NCBI RefSeq assembly: GCF_006345805.1
Contig: NC_043022.1
Location: 18,042,001 to 18,106,000, forward strand
DNA: 64,000 nt
Reading direction: 5' to 3'
From: Octopus sinensis
Taxonomy: Eukaryota
Both the position numbers and the translations under genes were made by a program. The notes under the pieces are model-generated. The model was not told the DNA's origin. It did not search any database and saw nothing but the letters and a program-made list of their open reading frames with translations. This document shows positions 51,451-64,000 of the stretch, one piece after another; within the stretch, counting starts at the first letter, position 1, and each line of letters begins with the position of its first letter.

Positions 51451-51655
51451 CCCTCTCTTCAGTTATAACAAAAACAATTTTCTATCAATCTGATGGTTTA
51501 CTCTATAATCGTGTAGAATACAAATTTATTGTTTTTTTAACAAGAATAGTACCGACAGTGACTTCGAAGTTTGGCCAGTTTGACCAACGATGACTTAACT
51601 GGCCGAAACTTCGAAATCACTGTCAATAAAATTGTTGTTCAAGAGTTACACACAC

Positions 51656-51686
<31 letters not shown>

Positions 51687-51984
51687 TAACATGCCAAACT
51701 GCTGACGTAGTAGAAAGCTTTCTTTTGATGTTTTCGTTATTAATTTTTGCTGTATTTTTTCTCCTTTATGAGGAGTGGGCAGAGGACAGTAATAGTATTG
51801 CCGAGTAAGCTAAATGAGTTAATTAAGACTAATCAAGTTAGTCATATTCTATGGTCATTTAGTCGCTAGGCTTAATAGATTACAATCCTGTTAGCAGCCT
51901 CTCTCTCTCTTTTTCTGTTTGAAAGCTGGCGCTTTCATGTATATTAATATCGCCCACCTGTCTATTCCCCACCTCCTCTCTCGT

Positions 51985-52043
<59 letters not shown>

Positions 52044-52182
52044 GTATGTATATGTATCATCGCATCCAAGGCAGAAAAATGAAAGAAATGAAATCTGCTC
52101 TGGCGGATTTAGATAGCTGTCAGTTTGATAGTGATGGAAGATTTTCAACAAATAGGATTAATTTCAGAACAAACAGGACTGA

Positions 52183-52237
<55 letters not shown>

Positions 52238-53194
52238 AACTGGTGAAATAACAGAAGCCATGTATTCGATAGGTGTCGCGTCTGTCCTATAGAAATATTC
52301 ATATCGGGAGACTGACGGACAAAATAAGGCAACATATCGAATAAGGGTTGAGAAACTTCTGGGGATTGAGCAAAAATGCATTCTTAAGGGTTGAAGTCGA
52401 AGCAGATAAAGCTATGAAGAGTAGCGTGTAAATATTGGGTAAAAACATCCCTTTTGGTGAGAAAAAGTGGAAGGATTTTGACATAATTATTTATAGCTAT
52501 TATACTTCACTTGGTGAGTCTTGAGAATGGTTCTTTTAGGAACTTCCTGCTATTACGTTTATGTTCCCTTATCTCCTGAACCAATCATGATCTCAAAGAG
52601 CTAGTCACTTCCAAGGGCTATCTCCCTTTTCACACACGCATTAATTACTGATAGGGACATAGTAATTTTGCTTTACAACCACAGCACACTGCCAAGTGTT
52701 AGCAGTGCGATTCAATCACTTTTGAAAGTTATCTCTACAGATTTTCCATGGGAATTAGAGTCAGCACCGGTTTGTTAGGACGTTTCGTTCGCGAATACGT
52801 CGGTGCTGGCCCTAATTTCTATAGAAAATCTGTAGATATAGAAAGTTATATCTTAGTCTCGGCGGCGATGGTAGATGATTATCTCCTGTAATGGATATAA
52901 GCTCGAGTGCTTACATGCACGACAACTGTATAGGAGAGATTCTCTCGTGGTAACGATTGCAGTATACTGTGTTCTAACACAACATCTACTTGAATGAGAA
53001 TAAATAGCAGTTTTTGCGATTAACACTGCTAGTCGCTATTAATTTATATATATGTCCAGGTAACTTAGCGGTTCGGCAAAAGAAACCGATAAAATGAGTA
53101 CGAGGCATACAAAGAATAAGTCCTGGGGTCAATTTTTCGACTAAAGGCGTTGCTCCAGCATGGCCATAGTTAAATGACTGAAACAAGTAAAAGA

Positions 53195-53224
<30 letters not shown>

Positions 53225-53227
<3 letters not shown>

Positions 53228-53576
53228 GGTGCAATGGCCTAGTGGTTAGGGCAGCGGACTAGCGGTCGTAGAAACGCAGTTTCCTAGACCGGGCGTTGTG
53301 TTTACTGAGCGAAAACACCTAACCCTCCACGAGGATCCGGCAGGGGGTGGTAGCGAACCCTGCTGTACTCTTTCACCACAACTTTCACTCTTTCTTCTCG
53401 TTCTATTTCGAAGGGCAAGCCTTGTTACACTGTGCCACGCTGAATCTCCCTGAGAACTACGTTAAGAGTACACGTGTCTGTGGAGTGCTGAGCCACTTCC
53501 ACGTTAATTTCACGAGCAGGCCGTTCCGTTGATCGGATCAACTGGAACCCTCGTCGTCGTAACCGACGGAGTGCCA
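53225..53576 (+). mobile_element. tRNA-derived SINE family D
   Basis: gcaatggcctagtggttagggcagcggactagcggtcg tRNA-like head; body cacgctgaatctccctgagaactacgttaag shared with the fragment at about 47790-47900. Confidence 0.8.
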
Positions 53577-53659
53577 CGATATATATATATATATATATAT
53601 AAATGATTAAATCTATCGAAATAACCGAAGCTATATTTGGCAGGTATCGCATATATAAG

Positions 53660-53995
53660 TGTGACCCCTTCTGTCATGAATGACCATGGGATTGCACCTA
53701 GAAAGTTATCCTCCAAGGCACAAGTCCGAGCAAGGTTTTTTATGGAAGACCAGCAGTCGTCCATGCATACCAGCCTCCCCTCTCCACGTCACCGATGTTA
53801 TCCAAGGGAAAGGCGAAGGGGCCGATACAGCTTGGCACCTGTGACGTCACAACTCATTTCTACAGCTGAGTGAACTGGAGCAGCGTGAAATAAAGTGTCT
53901 TGCTCAAGAACACAACACGCAGCCCGGTCCGGGAAACGAACTCACAACCTCACGATTGTATGATCGACGCTCTAACCCCTGAGCCATGCGCATTC
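53660..53995 (-). mobile_element. tRNA-derived SINE family C
   Basis: Minus strand gcgcatggctcaggggttagagcg...gtgagttcgtttcccgg...ttgagcaagacactttatttc. Confidence 0.8.
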
Positions 53996-54706
53996 ACACA
54001 CACACACACACACAACACACACATATATGATTGTCGGACGAAAACGATTCGCAGAATACAGAGTAGTATCTTTTAGAACACAGTTTTATTTCACGAGTTT
54101 CGGGTGATGCCATCCAACCTAGACCGGCAAATGACGAAAATAAGATGGTGGTAGATGTCCAGTGAGGAATAGAGATTTGCTGGCGACGGGAGCCGTTTTG
54201 TGGGATGAGGAAACTGAAAATTTGAGAAGTGGAAGTACACAAGCCAGACTGGTACCCTATCAACCGCATCATCATCTCTGCATCATCCATTCAGTCGTCG
54301 TTTCGAGGCTCAACCTAGATTGCGACATTACAATCAATATGGATGATGATGAAAGATGTTGCAGTCAGGTGAGAAAATGAATATTTTAATATGGCGTTTG
54401 TTGGAAACGTCCACCAGATCAATGGTGGCTATTGTTAGGCGACCAATCGTGTAAAGCTATTTAAGAGGAGAGGAAATCACGCACGCACATTTGTAAGACT
54501 GTGAGTTTGTATGTATGTGCTGGTGTTTGTAGTGTAGGTATGCATGTGTGTCTGTATACAGATCGGAGAGTAGGTCAGCAAGTTGGCATACATATATGCA
54601 TGTAGCTAACTGTGTGTGAAATATGAACCTGCATGCGATCATTCTATGTGTATGTGTGTACACATACACACGCAGTATATACATGCATATCATTGTGTGT
54701 ATAAAT

Positions 54707-54958
54707 ATTATCAAAATTATAATTTAGGATATCTAAGAGATACCTCCACGCTGGAAATAGCAGCCAAAACTTGACTCTAAAACCACATTAAATGTTCATA
54801 CAGCGGAATTATCCAGTAATTTTTTGCTAGTTCATCTTGTCCTTTTGTCTTCTCTCCTGGTGCTGTATGAACATTTAATGTGGTTTTAGAGTCAAGTTTT
54901 GGCTGCTATTCCAGCGTGGCGGTATCTCCTAGATACTCTAAATTATAATTTTAATAAT
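54707..54958. mobile_element. MITE-like fold-back (about 98-bp arms, 57-nt spacer)
   Basis: 54707-54804 versus 54862-54958, near-perfect inverted repeat. Confidence 0.8.
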
Positions 54959-55046
54959 GATTATTAGCTTTGAAGGTTTTTATTCCCATGCTGGCTACTT
55001 GATAAGTTCGATATTTAAATTAACGATCTTATCCTCATTTATATAA

Positions 55047-55084
<38 letters not shown>

Positions 55085-55309
55085 TGAAGCTCAGTTTCAA
55101 CATCGAATGTATCCGTGTGTGTGTGTGTGTGCGAAAGCGTGTGGTCTAGTCGTTAGTGTGTTGTACCCACGATCATACGATAGTAGTTCCGATTCCTAGA
55201 TCGGCAGGGCATTGTCTTGAGCAGAATACTCCAATTCGCGTTGTTCCAGTCCAACCTAGCTATGGACGATCGTCAATTAGGGGGAATGTTTAACTACATG
55301 TTTCGTCAG

Positions 55310-55382
<73 letters not shown>

Positions 55383-55390
<8 letters not shown>

Positions 55391-55640
55391 TAAATTAGAG
55401 ATAAAAACCACTATTAGGCAAATCAAACAATGAAAAACTTAAGCCAATACATAAAATTAATTAATTTATATTATTTTAAATATATATCAAAATTATTAAA
55501 AATTTTATAAACGATAATAAATTTTTAATAATTTTGATATATATTTAAAATAATATAAATTAATTAATTTTATGTATTGGCTTAAGTTTTTCATTGTTTG
55601 ATTTGCCTAATAGTGGTTTTATCTCTAATTTAATGTAATA
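55383..55640. mobile_element. AT-rich fold-back (about 122-bp arms, 13-nt loop)
   Basis: 55383-55505 versus 55519-55640; one mismatch and one indel seen. Confidence 0.85.
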
Positions 55641-55744
55641 TAATATTTTACTATAAAATTGGATTCAATCCTAAATCTGATTTTTCCCTGTAAGTTTGGA
55701 TTTATTCCCTAATATTTTATTATTTATATATGTACATACACACA

Positions 55745-56040
55745 CACAAAAATGGGACAAGAACGCAAAACATCCAGACAGTTAGGTGATGCAAAAAAGG
55801 AGACAACAAAACATCCAGACAGACGATACAAAGAAAACAAGGACGGCTAATTCGGAGTTTTCTATTCTCAGTCGAGTTCCAGATTATCTTTGCAATTTCG
55901 GTTGGTTATACTCGAGATTGCTTCAATCTGGCCAACCCCAAGGAAAAACTAAGCTAAGAGCATTAGATTCCTTGGAAGAAAGCAGTGAAAATATACGAAA
56001 ACAAGGACGAAAAAAAACGGAGAAATGTTACACAAATGTA
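55745..56040. repeat. Dispersed repeat shared with about 2720-2850
   Basis: tgggacaagaacg(t/c)aaaca...gatgcaaaaaa...atc(t)tcgcaatttcgg(c/t)tg(a/g)tta at both loci. Confidence 0.65.
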
Positions 56041-56105
56041 TGTATTATGTATGAGTAAGGAACAGTGAGAATGAGTGCTCAACACCGAATCAGTGGATAA
56101 CTATT

Positions 56106-56297
56106 CTTTATTTGTGGTTTCATGTAAACAGGACAATTTTCAAGCCAGCCACATGGGAACGTTGGTACTCATCTCCATCTTATATTCTCTTGGAGACGAG
56201 TAACAATGTTCCCATGTGGCAGGTTTGATTATTACCAAGAGATTCTCTACTTCCCTTTACATGAAACAATTGGTAGCCTAGTTAACCCACAAATAAA

Positions 56298-56298
<1 letters not shown>
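56106..56298. repeat. Layered imperfect fold-back
   Basis: Core 56148-56177 versus 56191-56220 (3 mismatches); outer tttcatgtaaa/tttacatgaaa and ctttatttgtgg/ccacaaataaag. Confidence 0.75.
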
Positions 56299-56384
<86 letters not shown>

Positions 56385-56473
56385 AATCAAATAAATGAAC
56401 AATAAAATTAACAACATTTCGTTTTGGGATTTGGTTTCAAAGATTCTTTATATGAGTTCGTGTGTTGAAGGAT

Positions 56474-56683
56474 ATTTTGTTGTGTCTGGGGAGAATCATT
56501 TTGTTTTTGTGCCTTATAATTCAACACACTCACCGGTAAAATTTCCACTTATTTCTTATTTTTATTTTTATTTATTTTAATTTAACTTTTTTTTTAAATA
56601 AGAAATAAGTGGAAATTTTACCGGCGTGTGTGTTAAATTATAAGGCACAAAAAGAAAATGACTCTCCCCAGACAGAACAAAAT
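56474..56683. mobile_element. MITE-like fold-back (about 86-bp arms)
   Basis: 56474-56559 versus 56596-56683. Confidence 0.8.
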
Positions 56684-56711
56684 TAAGAATAACAAACAAC
56701 AAGAGGGCGTT

Positions 56712-56830
56712 CACAAGGAATATATTAGTTTGACGCTCAGTAAAAAGAGAGTTTTTGACGTTTTGAGCATAGTCCTTCGTCGGAAAGGAGAAAGGGAAAA
56801 GTCCAGAGAAGAAAAAGAAACCACCAACAG
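56712..56830 (-). mobile_element. Family H2 copy 2 (hammerhead-like)
   Basis: Minus strand cttt-ccgacga-a-ggactatgctc-aaaa-cgt-c-aaaa. Confidence 0.55.
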
Positions 56831-57651
56831 CACACGTGTAGTTGCATTGCCATATATGCCGGCCAGACTGTGATTCCTCGCATTGTTGTAGCTTTCGAAT
56901 GATGCCAGGGTCTCCGTCGGTGACTGAAAACCATGCATCTACACATACGCGAAGAGGCGTGGGGTAAGATTTTCTTTCTTTAAGGAAACTATCAGCTGAT
57001 CCAAACAAGCCAGTCTCCCCACCACCACCACCACCACCACCACCAATGTTTGTCCAAGACTCAGGCCACTGTCACCGACCAAAATTCTTCGGTACCAGTG
57101 ACGTCACTGTTAGAATTCAGAGAGGCACATCAAATATCACAAGGCACCTTCCTCTCTAACAGTCAACCTTCTCCTCTCCCGGATTGGTATCTTTTTATCG
57201 GCCCCAAGAGGGTGGAAAAGGAATGTAGTTGAACCTCGGCGGATTTGAACTTAGAACACCAACAGTTCCAACAAATACCACGAGCGGTTCTGTTCAACGC
57301 TCTGATGACTCCGCTAATGGGCCGCCTTTTTAAAAGGAAATACACTCCGGTTAATCATGGTTGGACGCTCAGGATTATAGGTGTGCCTGATCTGGACTGT
57401 CCTGGTGTTAAACAACAGTACTAATATATTTAAACATATATACAAATATATGTATGCGTGTATATACACACTAATATTAAATACACTCCAACTAACAAGG
57501 TAACAACCAACACCACCGCCACCAAAACCATTATGCCAACCACAACCACCACCACCACCACCATTAATATCAAAATCACATCATCATCATCAGTATAATA
57601 AACCAAGTAGATCACAACCAGCAACTCATGAATATGTGTGTGCTTGGTATT

Positions 57652-57708
<57 letters not shown>

Positions 57709-57941
57709 ACATATATATACACACACACCCGAAATATGTACACACGTATGTATATATGCATATATATATATATACACAAGTCCCTTCTATACACATACAC
57801 ACATATGCATTAATCTATACACTGACACACACACACACCAAGATCAAAGAGACCGCCTCAGACCAGGTAGGCGCCAGATTTCATCACAACACTTTCATGA
57901 AGCTGTGGACTTCATAATCGTTTCCTTTTTCATCTTTTTCT

Positions 57942-57974
<33 letters not shown>

Positions 57975-58928
57975 ATATTGTTTTGGTGGAGGTGGTGGTG
58001 GTGATATTGTATGTGTGAGCTTCGGGGGAGGGTTGTGATCAACTTGGCTGGTTGTGTTGAACATGATAATGATGGTGATGATGATGCGATTGTGGGGGTT
58101 GTGGAGAGTGGGATAAGGGTCCTGGCGGCGGCGGCGGCGGTGATGATGGTAGTAGGTGTGGTATGACCTTGTTAGTTGGAGTATAGTAGTAGCAGTAGTA
58201 GTAGTAGTAGCAGCAGCAGCAGTAGTAGTAGTGGTGGTAATGATGGTGGTGGTAGTAGTAGTATGTATGTATTGACCAGGGAGTTGTGTGCTTGTGTCTT
58301 GGTTACTATATGGGCCAGGATTGTGTGTGTGTGTGTGTGTGTGTTAATGGAGGTGTATGCATACGCATATATATATATATACGTTCACGTATATTTGTGT
58401 ATGTGTATTTGTATATATGTGTGTGTGTATGTATGTATATCATGATTTTGCTTAGTCCCCCCTCCCCCACAGACTGACCACACCTATGGTCGAAGATCTT
58501 CCAGCAGTTTCCATCCGCATCCATTCATCATTTTAAGGGTGTGGTTTGAGGGAGATTTTGACTGCTATTACTAACAGGATGTGGAAGAACCTTCGGTGGC
58601 CCCTTTTGTGGTACTGCTTGTGCACGTGTTACCAAGTGATCAGAGAAAAGCAGCGCACGCGCGCGCGTGTGTGTGTGATTTGGTGTATTTCTTTGTATGC
58701 GCATGCGTGTGATTATTTGTAATATGTATGTACCCTGCAGGGTAGGGTCGATGTGTAGGCACTCTATACCGTGGTGATAGGTATACTTGGATTGCTATGA
58801 AGGGAAAAGAAATTGTTCGGACCCTTCAAACACGGGAGCAGGTGGGGAGGACATATTGTTTGGTGTTTGTGTGGTCAACTTAGTTACAACTGTTGTGAGG
58901 TACTTTCAACCACTTAATTCCCCTTCCC

Positions 58929-58965
<37 letters not shown>

Positions 58966-59241
58966 CACTGGTTATCTTCACTGTTACAAAACTGAGAATC
59001 AAATTTCCCGGGGGATAGGATACCAAAGTCATTCTAAATACTATGTCCTTCGGCAACAATTCAACTAAACTTTGCAAACAGATGCAGAAAGACTGTCCAG
59101 CTTCCCAGAAGCCCTGTTGTTCACAGGGATCAATTATTTCAGATGTAGAAAGGATTGATTTTCACCTCAAAGCTTACGAAACACTCGAATCAATAGTTTT
59201 ACTGCAATGCCCTTGCATCACCACTATAACCTTCAGTCTTT

Positions 59242-59293
<52 letters not shown>

Positions 59294-59339
59294 TCCAGTT
59301 TTACCCAAAGGGCCGACCACGGACCTGGATTTTTTTCCA

Positions 59340-59705
59340 TGCGCAGGCGTAGCTGTGTAGTAAGAAGCTTGCTTTCCAACGACATGGTTCTATGTTCAGT
59401 CCCACTTCGTGGCACCTTGGGCAAATGTCTTCTACCCTAGCCTTGGGCCAACCAAAAGACTTGAGTGGAATTGGTAGACGGAAACTGAAAGAAGCCCGTC
59501 GTGTGTGTGTGTGTTCTACCACCGCTTGACAATCGGTGTTAGTGTGTTTACGTCACCGTAACTTAGCAGTTCGGCAAAAGAAACTGATACAATAAGTATC
59601 AATCTTAAAAGAAAGTCCCGGGGTCAATTTGTTCTATCAAAACCCTTCAAAGCGGTGCCCCAGCATCGCCGCATCCTGATGACTGAAAGATGTAAAAGAT
59701 AAAAG
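59340..59705 (+). mobile_element. SINE family B, full length
   Basis: gcgcaggcgtagctgtgtagtaagaagcttgc head to gactgaaagatgtaaaagataaaaga tail. Confidence 0.88.
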
Positions 59706-60254
59706 ATACGTTATTCTGGGATGGTTTTGGATTTTAGAACAAATTTTGGGAACGATTCTTTAACAAATGTCGATGGTATTTCAAGGCAAAAAGACAAACA
59801 CCACTGCCCCCGCACACACACTCACGCACGCACTTATCAAATATATAATGGGATCGTATGAAGTGAAAGAAATGCAATTAGAAGAAATTATTTATTTATT
59901 GGCCATGTTTCTGCAAAATGAACGAAAGTGAAAAATAAACTGAGACGCCTAAACGTCGTCAAGATGGGAAGGTGTGAAGGAGAAGATAAATGTGCTGAGA
60001 TATTTGTAGCTGGAGTAAAAAAAAGAAAAAGACAAACGCCTCAGTCACAGGTATTTAATACTGGAGATGGAAGAAAAGAATTAGAAATATCTGGAAAAAG
60101 TAGCAAAAGCCAACAAAGTAGAGACAACTTTACTCAAAACAGGGTCCGTTTCCTCGTGTGATGTTTCCGGGAATAATTCACAAATGCTGAGAGAAAGAGA
60201 GAGTATGGGGGTGGGGGTATTGACAAATATGTTAATATATCTTTTTTCTTAATT

Positions 60255-60302
60255 TTTTTACTTGTTTCAGTCATTTGACTGCGGCCATGCTGGAGCACCG
60301 CC

Positions 60303-60344
<42 letters not shown>

Positions 60345-60520
60345 GTGTGTGTGTGTGTACGACGGGTTTCTTTCAGTTTCTGTCTACCAAATCCACTCAC
60401 AAGTCTTTGGTCGACCTGAAGCTATAGTAGAAGACACTTCGCCAAGGTGCCACGCAGTGGGAGAGAACCCGAAACCATGTGGTTGGAAAGCAAATTTCTT
60501 ACCACACCGCCACGCCTGCG
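60255..60520 (-). mobile_element. SINE family B with internal deletion
   Basis: Reverse complement of head at about 60470-60520 and of tail at about 60255-60303. Confidence 0.85.
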
Positions 60521-61802
60521 TCTATATACTGGCAGATATGCACAAATGGCACTGTTAAGCCGCACAAACAAAATTAACCTCTCCAACGCATGACCGCCCA
60601 GATCGATACACACCCACACGTAAAATTGCTATTCGATTGAACCACATGAGAAATACAAACCAGAGAAACATCGAATGCTATCATCTGAAGAATTCAAAAA
60701 GATTCTGGAAGAAACCGATAAAGTTTTGTTAAAGTTTCTGTCATGGCTGTAGAAAGGTTTTGTGTTAGTTTTTTTATCTACGTTCCAAAAGTGGAATCTG
60801 TTAACACAGTCTTCGACAATGTATGTATACGATAAAAAGTGTATATACAATAAAACTGGTGTATACATCCAACAATAAAACCATTTGGTATATTAAAAAA
60901 CATCCTGAAAAACTTTGCTTGCTCAAGTGAGGTCCCCCTTTGCTGCTCCACATACACACACGACCCCAAATTATACACTGCTACAATCATTCAGGAACCT
61001 AACCTATTCCAGTTTATATGATTCCTTCTCCACTGCTTAAGATCTCTTCCTTGTTTTCATCCCACTATGGAAAAAAAAGCCCACAATAGACAAAACTTTA
61101 AAGTCGTTATCAATAAATTAAAAAAGACGTTTAAAGACTCGTATTGAATCTCTTATTCTGCCGATGTCAGTTGTTTTCAAGTGTTGAAAAAGCATTGTTT
61201 ATTGACAAGATCAAATGACGGCTGTTTCAGACTTGCGATTTTCTGAAACAGGAAAACACTGATGAGATCTAGAGATGGAACACATGTAATTTGAACTCCC
61301 GAAATAACAGCTGGCAGTATGTGTGCGTGTGTGGGGTACACACGCGCGTGAATAAAAATTAATCAGTGAAAAGAACATGATATTATTTATAGCAATTAAT
61401 TCTCGAGATTGTTAATCAACAACTAGCCACTGCCGTCATCAGCTGACCACTATCATTGTCAGCTGACCACTGTCGTTATATATACAAACTATGCTGCGAT
61501 CCTGAAGTTCTTGTTATATTACTTCCACCCAGAGTCACATTAGATACCCTAACCTCACAAATCCCCAGCAAAACGAAGTTTAGTTGAATGTGAAGTAGTC
61601 TTTACATGACCACCCACCTTGAAATGGTATCCAATGGAGTGGAACTTGTTAATTATCGAGAACCCATCCGACGCTAAGTTTTCAGCCAGGCACTCTTTAA
61701 CTCTGTCAATAATCTGTTGTCTGAGTCAAACACTGGGGAAATTAGACGAATATTAGTTGCGTAAGAACTTTATATTTTATATTGGTCGAATTAGCCTTTT
61801 CT

Positions 61803-62033
61803 TATTTTTTTATTGCCCACAAAGGGCTACACATAGAGGGGACAAACAAGGACAGACAAAGGGATTAAGTCGATTACATCGACCCCAGTGCACCACTGGT
61901 ATTTAATTTATCGACTCCGAAAGGATGACAGGTAAAGTCGACCTCGGTGGAATTTGAACTCAGAACGTAACAGCAGACGAAATACTGCTAAGCATTTCGC
62001 CCGGTGTGCTAACGATTCTGCCAGTTCGCCGTC
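61803..62033 (-). mobile_element. SINE family A, full-length monomer
   Basis: Minus strand gacggcgaactggcagaatcgttagcacaccgggcgaaatgc...ccctttgtgggcaataaaaaa. Confidence 0.88.
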
Positions 62034-62759
62034 ATGCAGCAAAAGGTTGAATTAGCTTTTGCTGCACTTAGTTTCATCTGAGGGTATACAGGGGCTTCAG
62101 TCAAAAATCCTGCGTACCTACACAAGAGACTAACTCGACGAAAGTAAAATATCATTAATCTCTATCAGTATTAAATGCTCTTTTTGCTTACAGTTAATAC
62201 TGAACGGATATATACATATATATCCCCCAACGAGTTTACACGGAATCTCCTAACGACAATGTAAACTTCATATAAACAAGGTATCCTTGGCCTGAAGACT
62301 AGCTTGCAGTCTACCACCACCACCACCCCCTCGTTTGGATAGTTTACTACTTCCGAGCTTCCGCTAGCTTTGGAACATTATGAAGCCTGGACTTTATCTA
62401 TTTCATTCCCTAATCTACAACAATCTATTTGCATCTACAACAATCTCTGTTGCTGAACGTGAACTATAAAATTAACTTTTTTCAGCTTATCAAACTTCAA
62501 TATGGAAACATTCACAACCTTCCACGTCAATAAACCTCTATTGTTCTTGAAAGTTGGTTTTTATCTTCTATGGATTTGTTGAAGCTCATTAACTTCCTAC
62601 ACCTTAGTCCTTGGATCTTACTGTTTCACACACACACACACAAAAACACCATATATATATAGGTTGTGTCAATTTTTTGAGGAGGTTTGTATGAATTTAG
62701 AAAAAGGGGTATAGCTCATCAACGAAAAGTTGTATTTAAAAACAAATTGGTACAAATAT

Positions 62760-63150
62760 TCTTGGGAATTTCTTATTGGAGAAAAACCAAAGCATCCCAG
62801 CCACTTGATGTTTGAACTTGTTTAACAAGCACTTTGCGTGTCCAGCATAAACTGACCCTTCTGAATCACATACAACTTGTCTTCTGATGTCTTCATGCAC
62901 AACTCTTCTGATGGTGCATTCTGAAACCTTTGCAATGACTGATTGAGAGTCTGGGGTTTTTATAAATTATTTCTTGGGCATTTTGTACAAAGTTATGTGT
63001 TCTGAAGGAATTAGTACCCTTTGCATGCATTTTGCATTTAGCTGCTGATGTTGGATCCCTGTCAGCAGCTTCCAGCTCCTTTCGAACTTTGACAATGAAG
63101 GATCATGCAACTTTCAGGAAGTGAGCTATCTCTCTATCTCTATGCTACAC
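62760..63150 (-). mobile_element. Tc1/mariner superfamily (maT/DD37D-like) transposase, decayed N-terminal half
   Basis: IAHFLKVA*SFIVKVRKELEAADRD...RTHNFVQNAQEII; IRRVVHEDIR; YVIQKGQFM; LLNKFKHQVAGMLWFFS. Confidence 0.8.
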
Positions 63151-63233
63151 TTTTTAAGACAATGCTGAGTCAACCTGATGCCTGACATTATCTGAAAAGT
63201 AAGCTAAAGAAAAACAAAGACACACACATATTT

Positions 63234-63287
<54 letters not shown>

Positions 63288-63292
<5 letters not shown>

Positions 63293-63580
63293 TAAGTAGC
63301 TTGCTTCCCAACCACATGGTTCCGGGCCCAGTCCCACAGCGTGGCACCTTGGGCAAGTGTCTTCTACTAGAGCCTCGGGCCAACCAAAGCCTTGTGTAGA
63401 CGGAAACTGAAAGAAGTCTGTCGTGTGTATACGGATTTCTCGCAGCTTCTAACAATTCGACTCACAATGATCTGTTCTGTAGTAGAAGACACTTGCCCAA
63501 GGTGCCATGCAGTGGGAATAAACCTGGAACCATGTAGTTGGGTAGCAAAATTCTGACCCCACAGTCACGCCCGCGCCTAT
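63288..63580. mobile_element. Inverted pair of SINE family B 5' halves
   Basis: + copy 63288-63422 and - copy 63478-63580. Confidence 0.85.
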
Positions 63581-64000
63581 ATGCATTAAACAAGCCAAAG
63601 CGAAGACAATGGTTACTGTTAATGAAGTTTTAGGGGTCAAGTTATTAGCGTTTTCCCATTTTTATAAATGGTAATAAACTATTTAAATAAAATAAACTAT
63701 TTTTTTCCTCTGGCGCAATTAATGTTGAGTGACGCGTCTTCTAGAATCGACCATTAAATCATATAATTATTAATGTTAACAATTATAATTCTGTTTAATT
63801 GTTAATCAGAATTGATCATTAAACTAACCATTATTTCTCTTTTTCTTCTTCATATTCAATACATACAACCTTCACCCGCCACCTCTCTCCCCATATAATT
63901 CATTGTGCCATTGATTGGATACCAGCTGCTGACACCATCAACTATTCTCTCTCTCTCTCTCTCTCTCTCTCCCCTACTCTTGCTCCCCTTCCCTCTTCCC

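Noticed and set aside
53225-53310. tRNA-like sequences here and at other SINE heads
   Set aside because: They lack complete cloverleaves and continue into repeat bodies; SINEs, not tRNA genes.
54061-54420. Possible piggyBac remnant (QPRLRHYNQY) or exon with cag|gtgaga donor
   Set aside because: Similarity too short, multiple stops and no pyrimidine tract for an acceptor.

Overview
Repeat-saturated eukaryotic intronic/intergenic DNA. It is most likely from an octopod cephalopod, inferred from dense (CA/TA/GATA/AAT)n microsatellites and several abundant tRNA-derived SINE families resembling octopus SINEs as I recall them; no database search was run. There is one 100-N scaffold gap (26424-26523). 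No complete host gene, rRNA, true tRNA or CRISPR array is supportable, and most ORF-track entries are microsatellite artefacts. Recognisable coding remnants are all decayed transposons: R4/Dong-like and HERO-like RLE LINEs, CR1-like LINEs, three RTE lineages, a Penelope-like element (PLE), a maT/DD37D-like transposase and a probable non-autonomous Helitron. Four isolated candidate host exons exist; the best is 35432-35548 on the minus strand. The most interesting signal is a set of short fold-back and dispersed repeats carrying minimal type-I hammerhead-ribozyme-like motifs with palindromic stem III. One fold-back family has a hammerhead in each arm, and its defective copies complement to an intact consensus. 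This suggests PLE/retrozyme-like non-autonomous elements that would otherwise be annotated as MITEs. All alignments and translations were done by eye.
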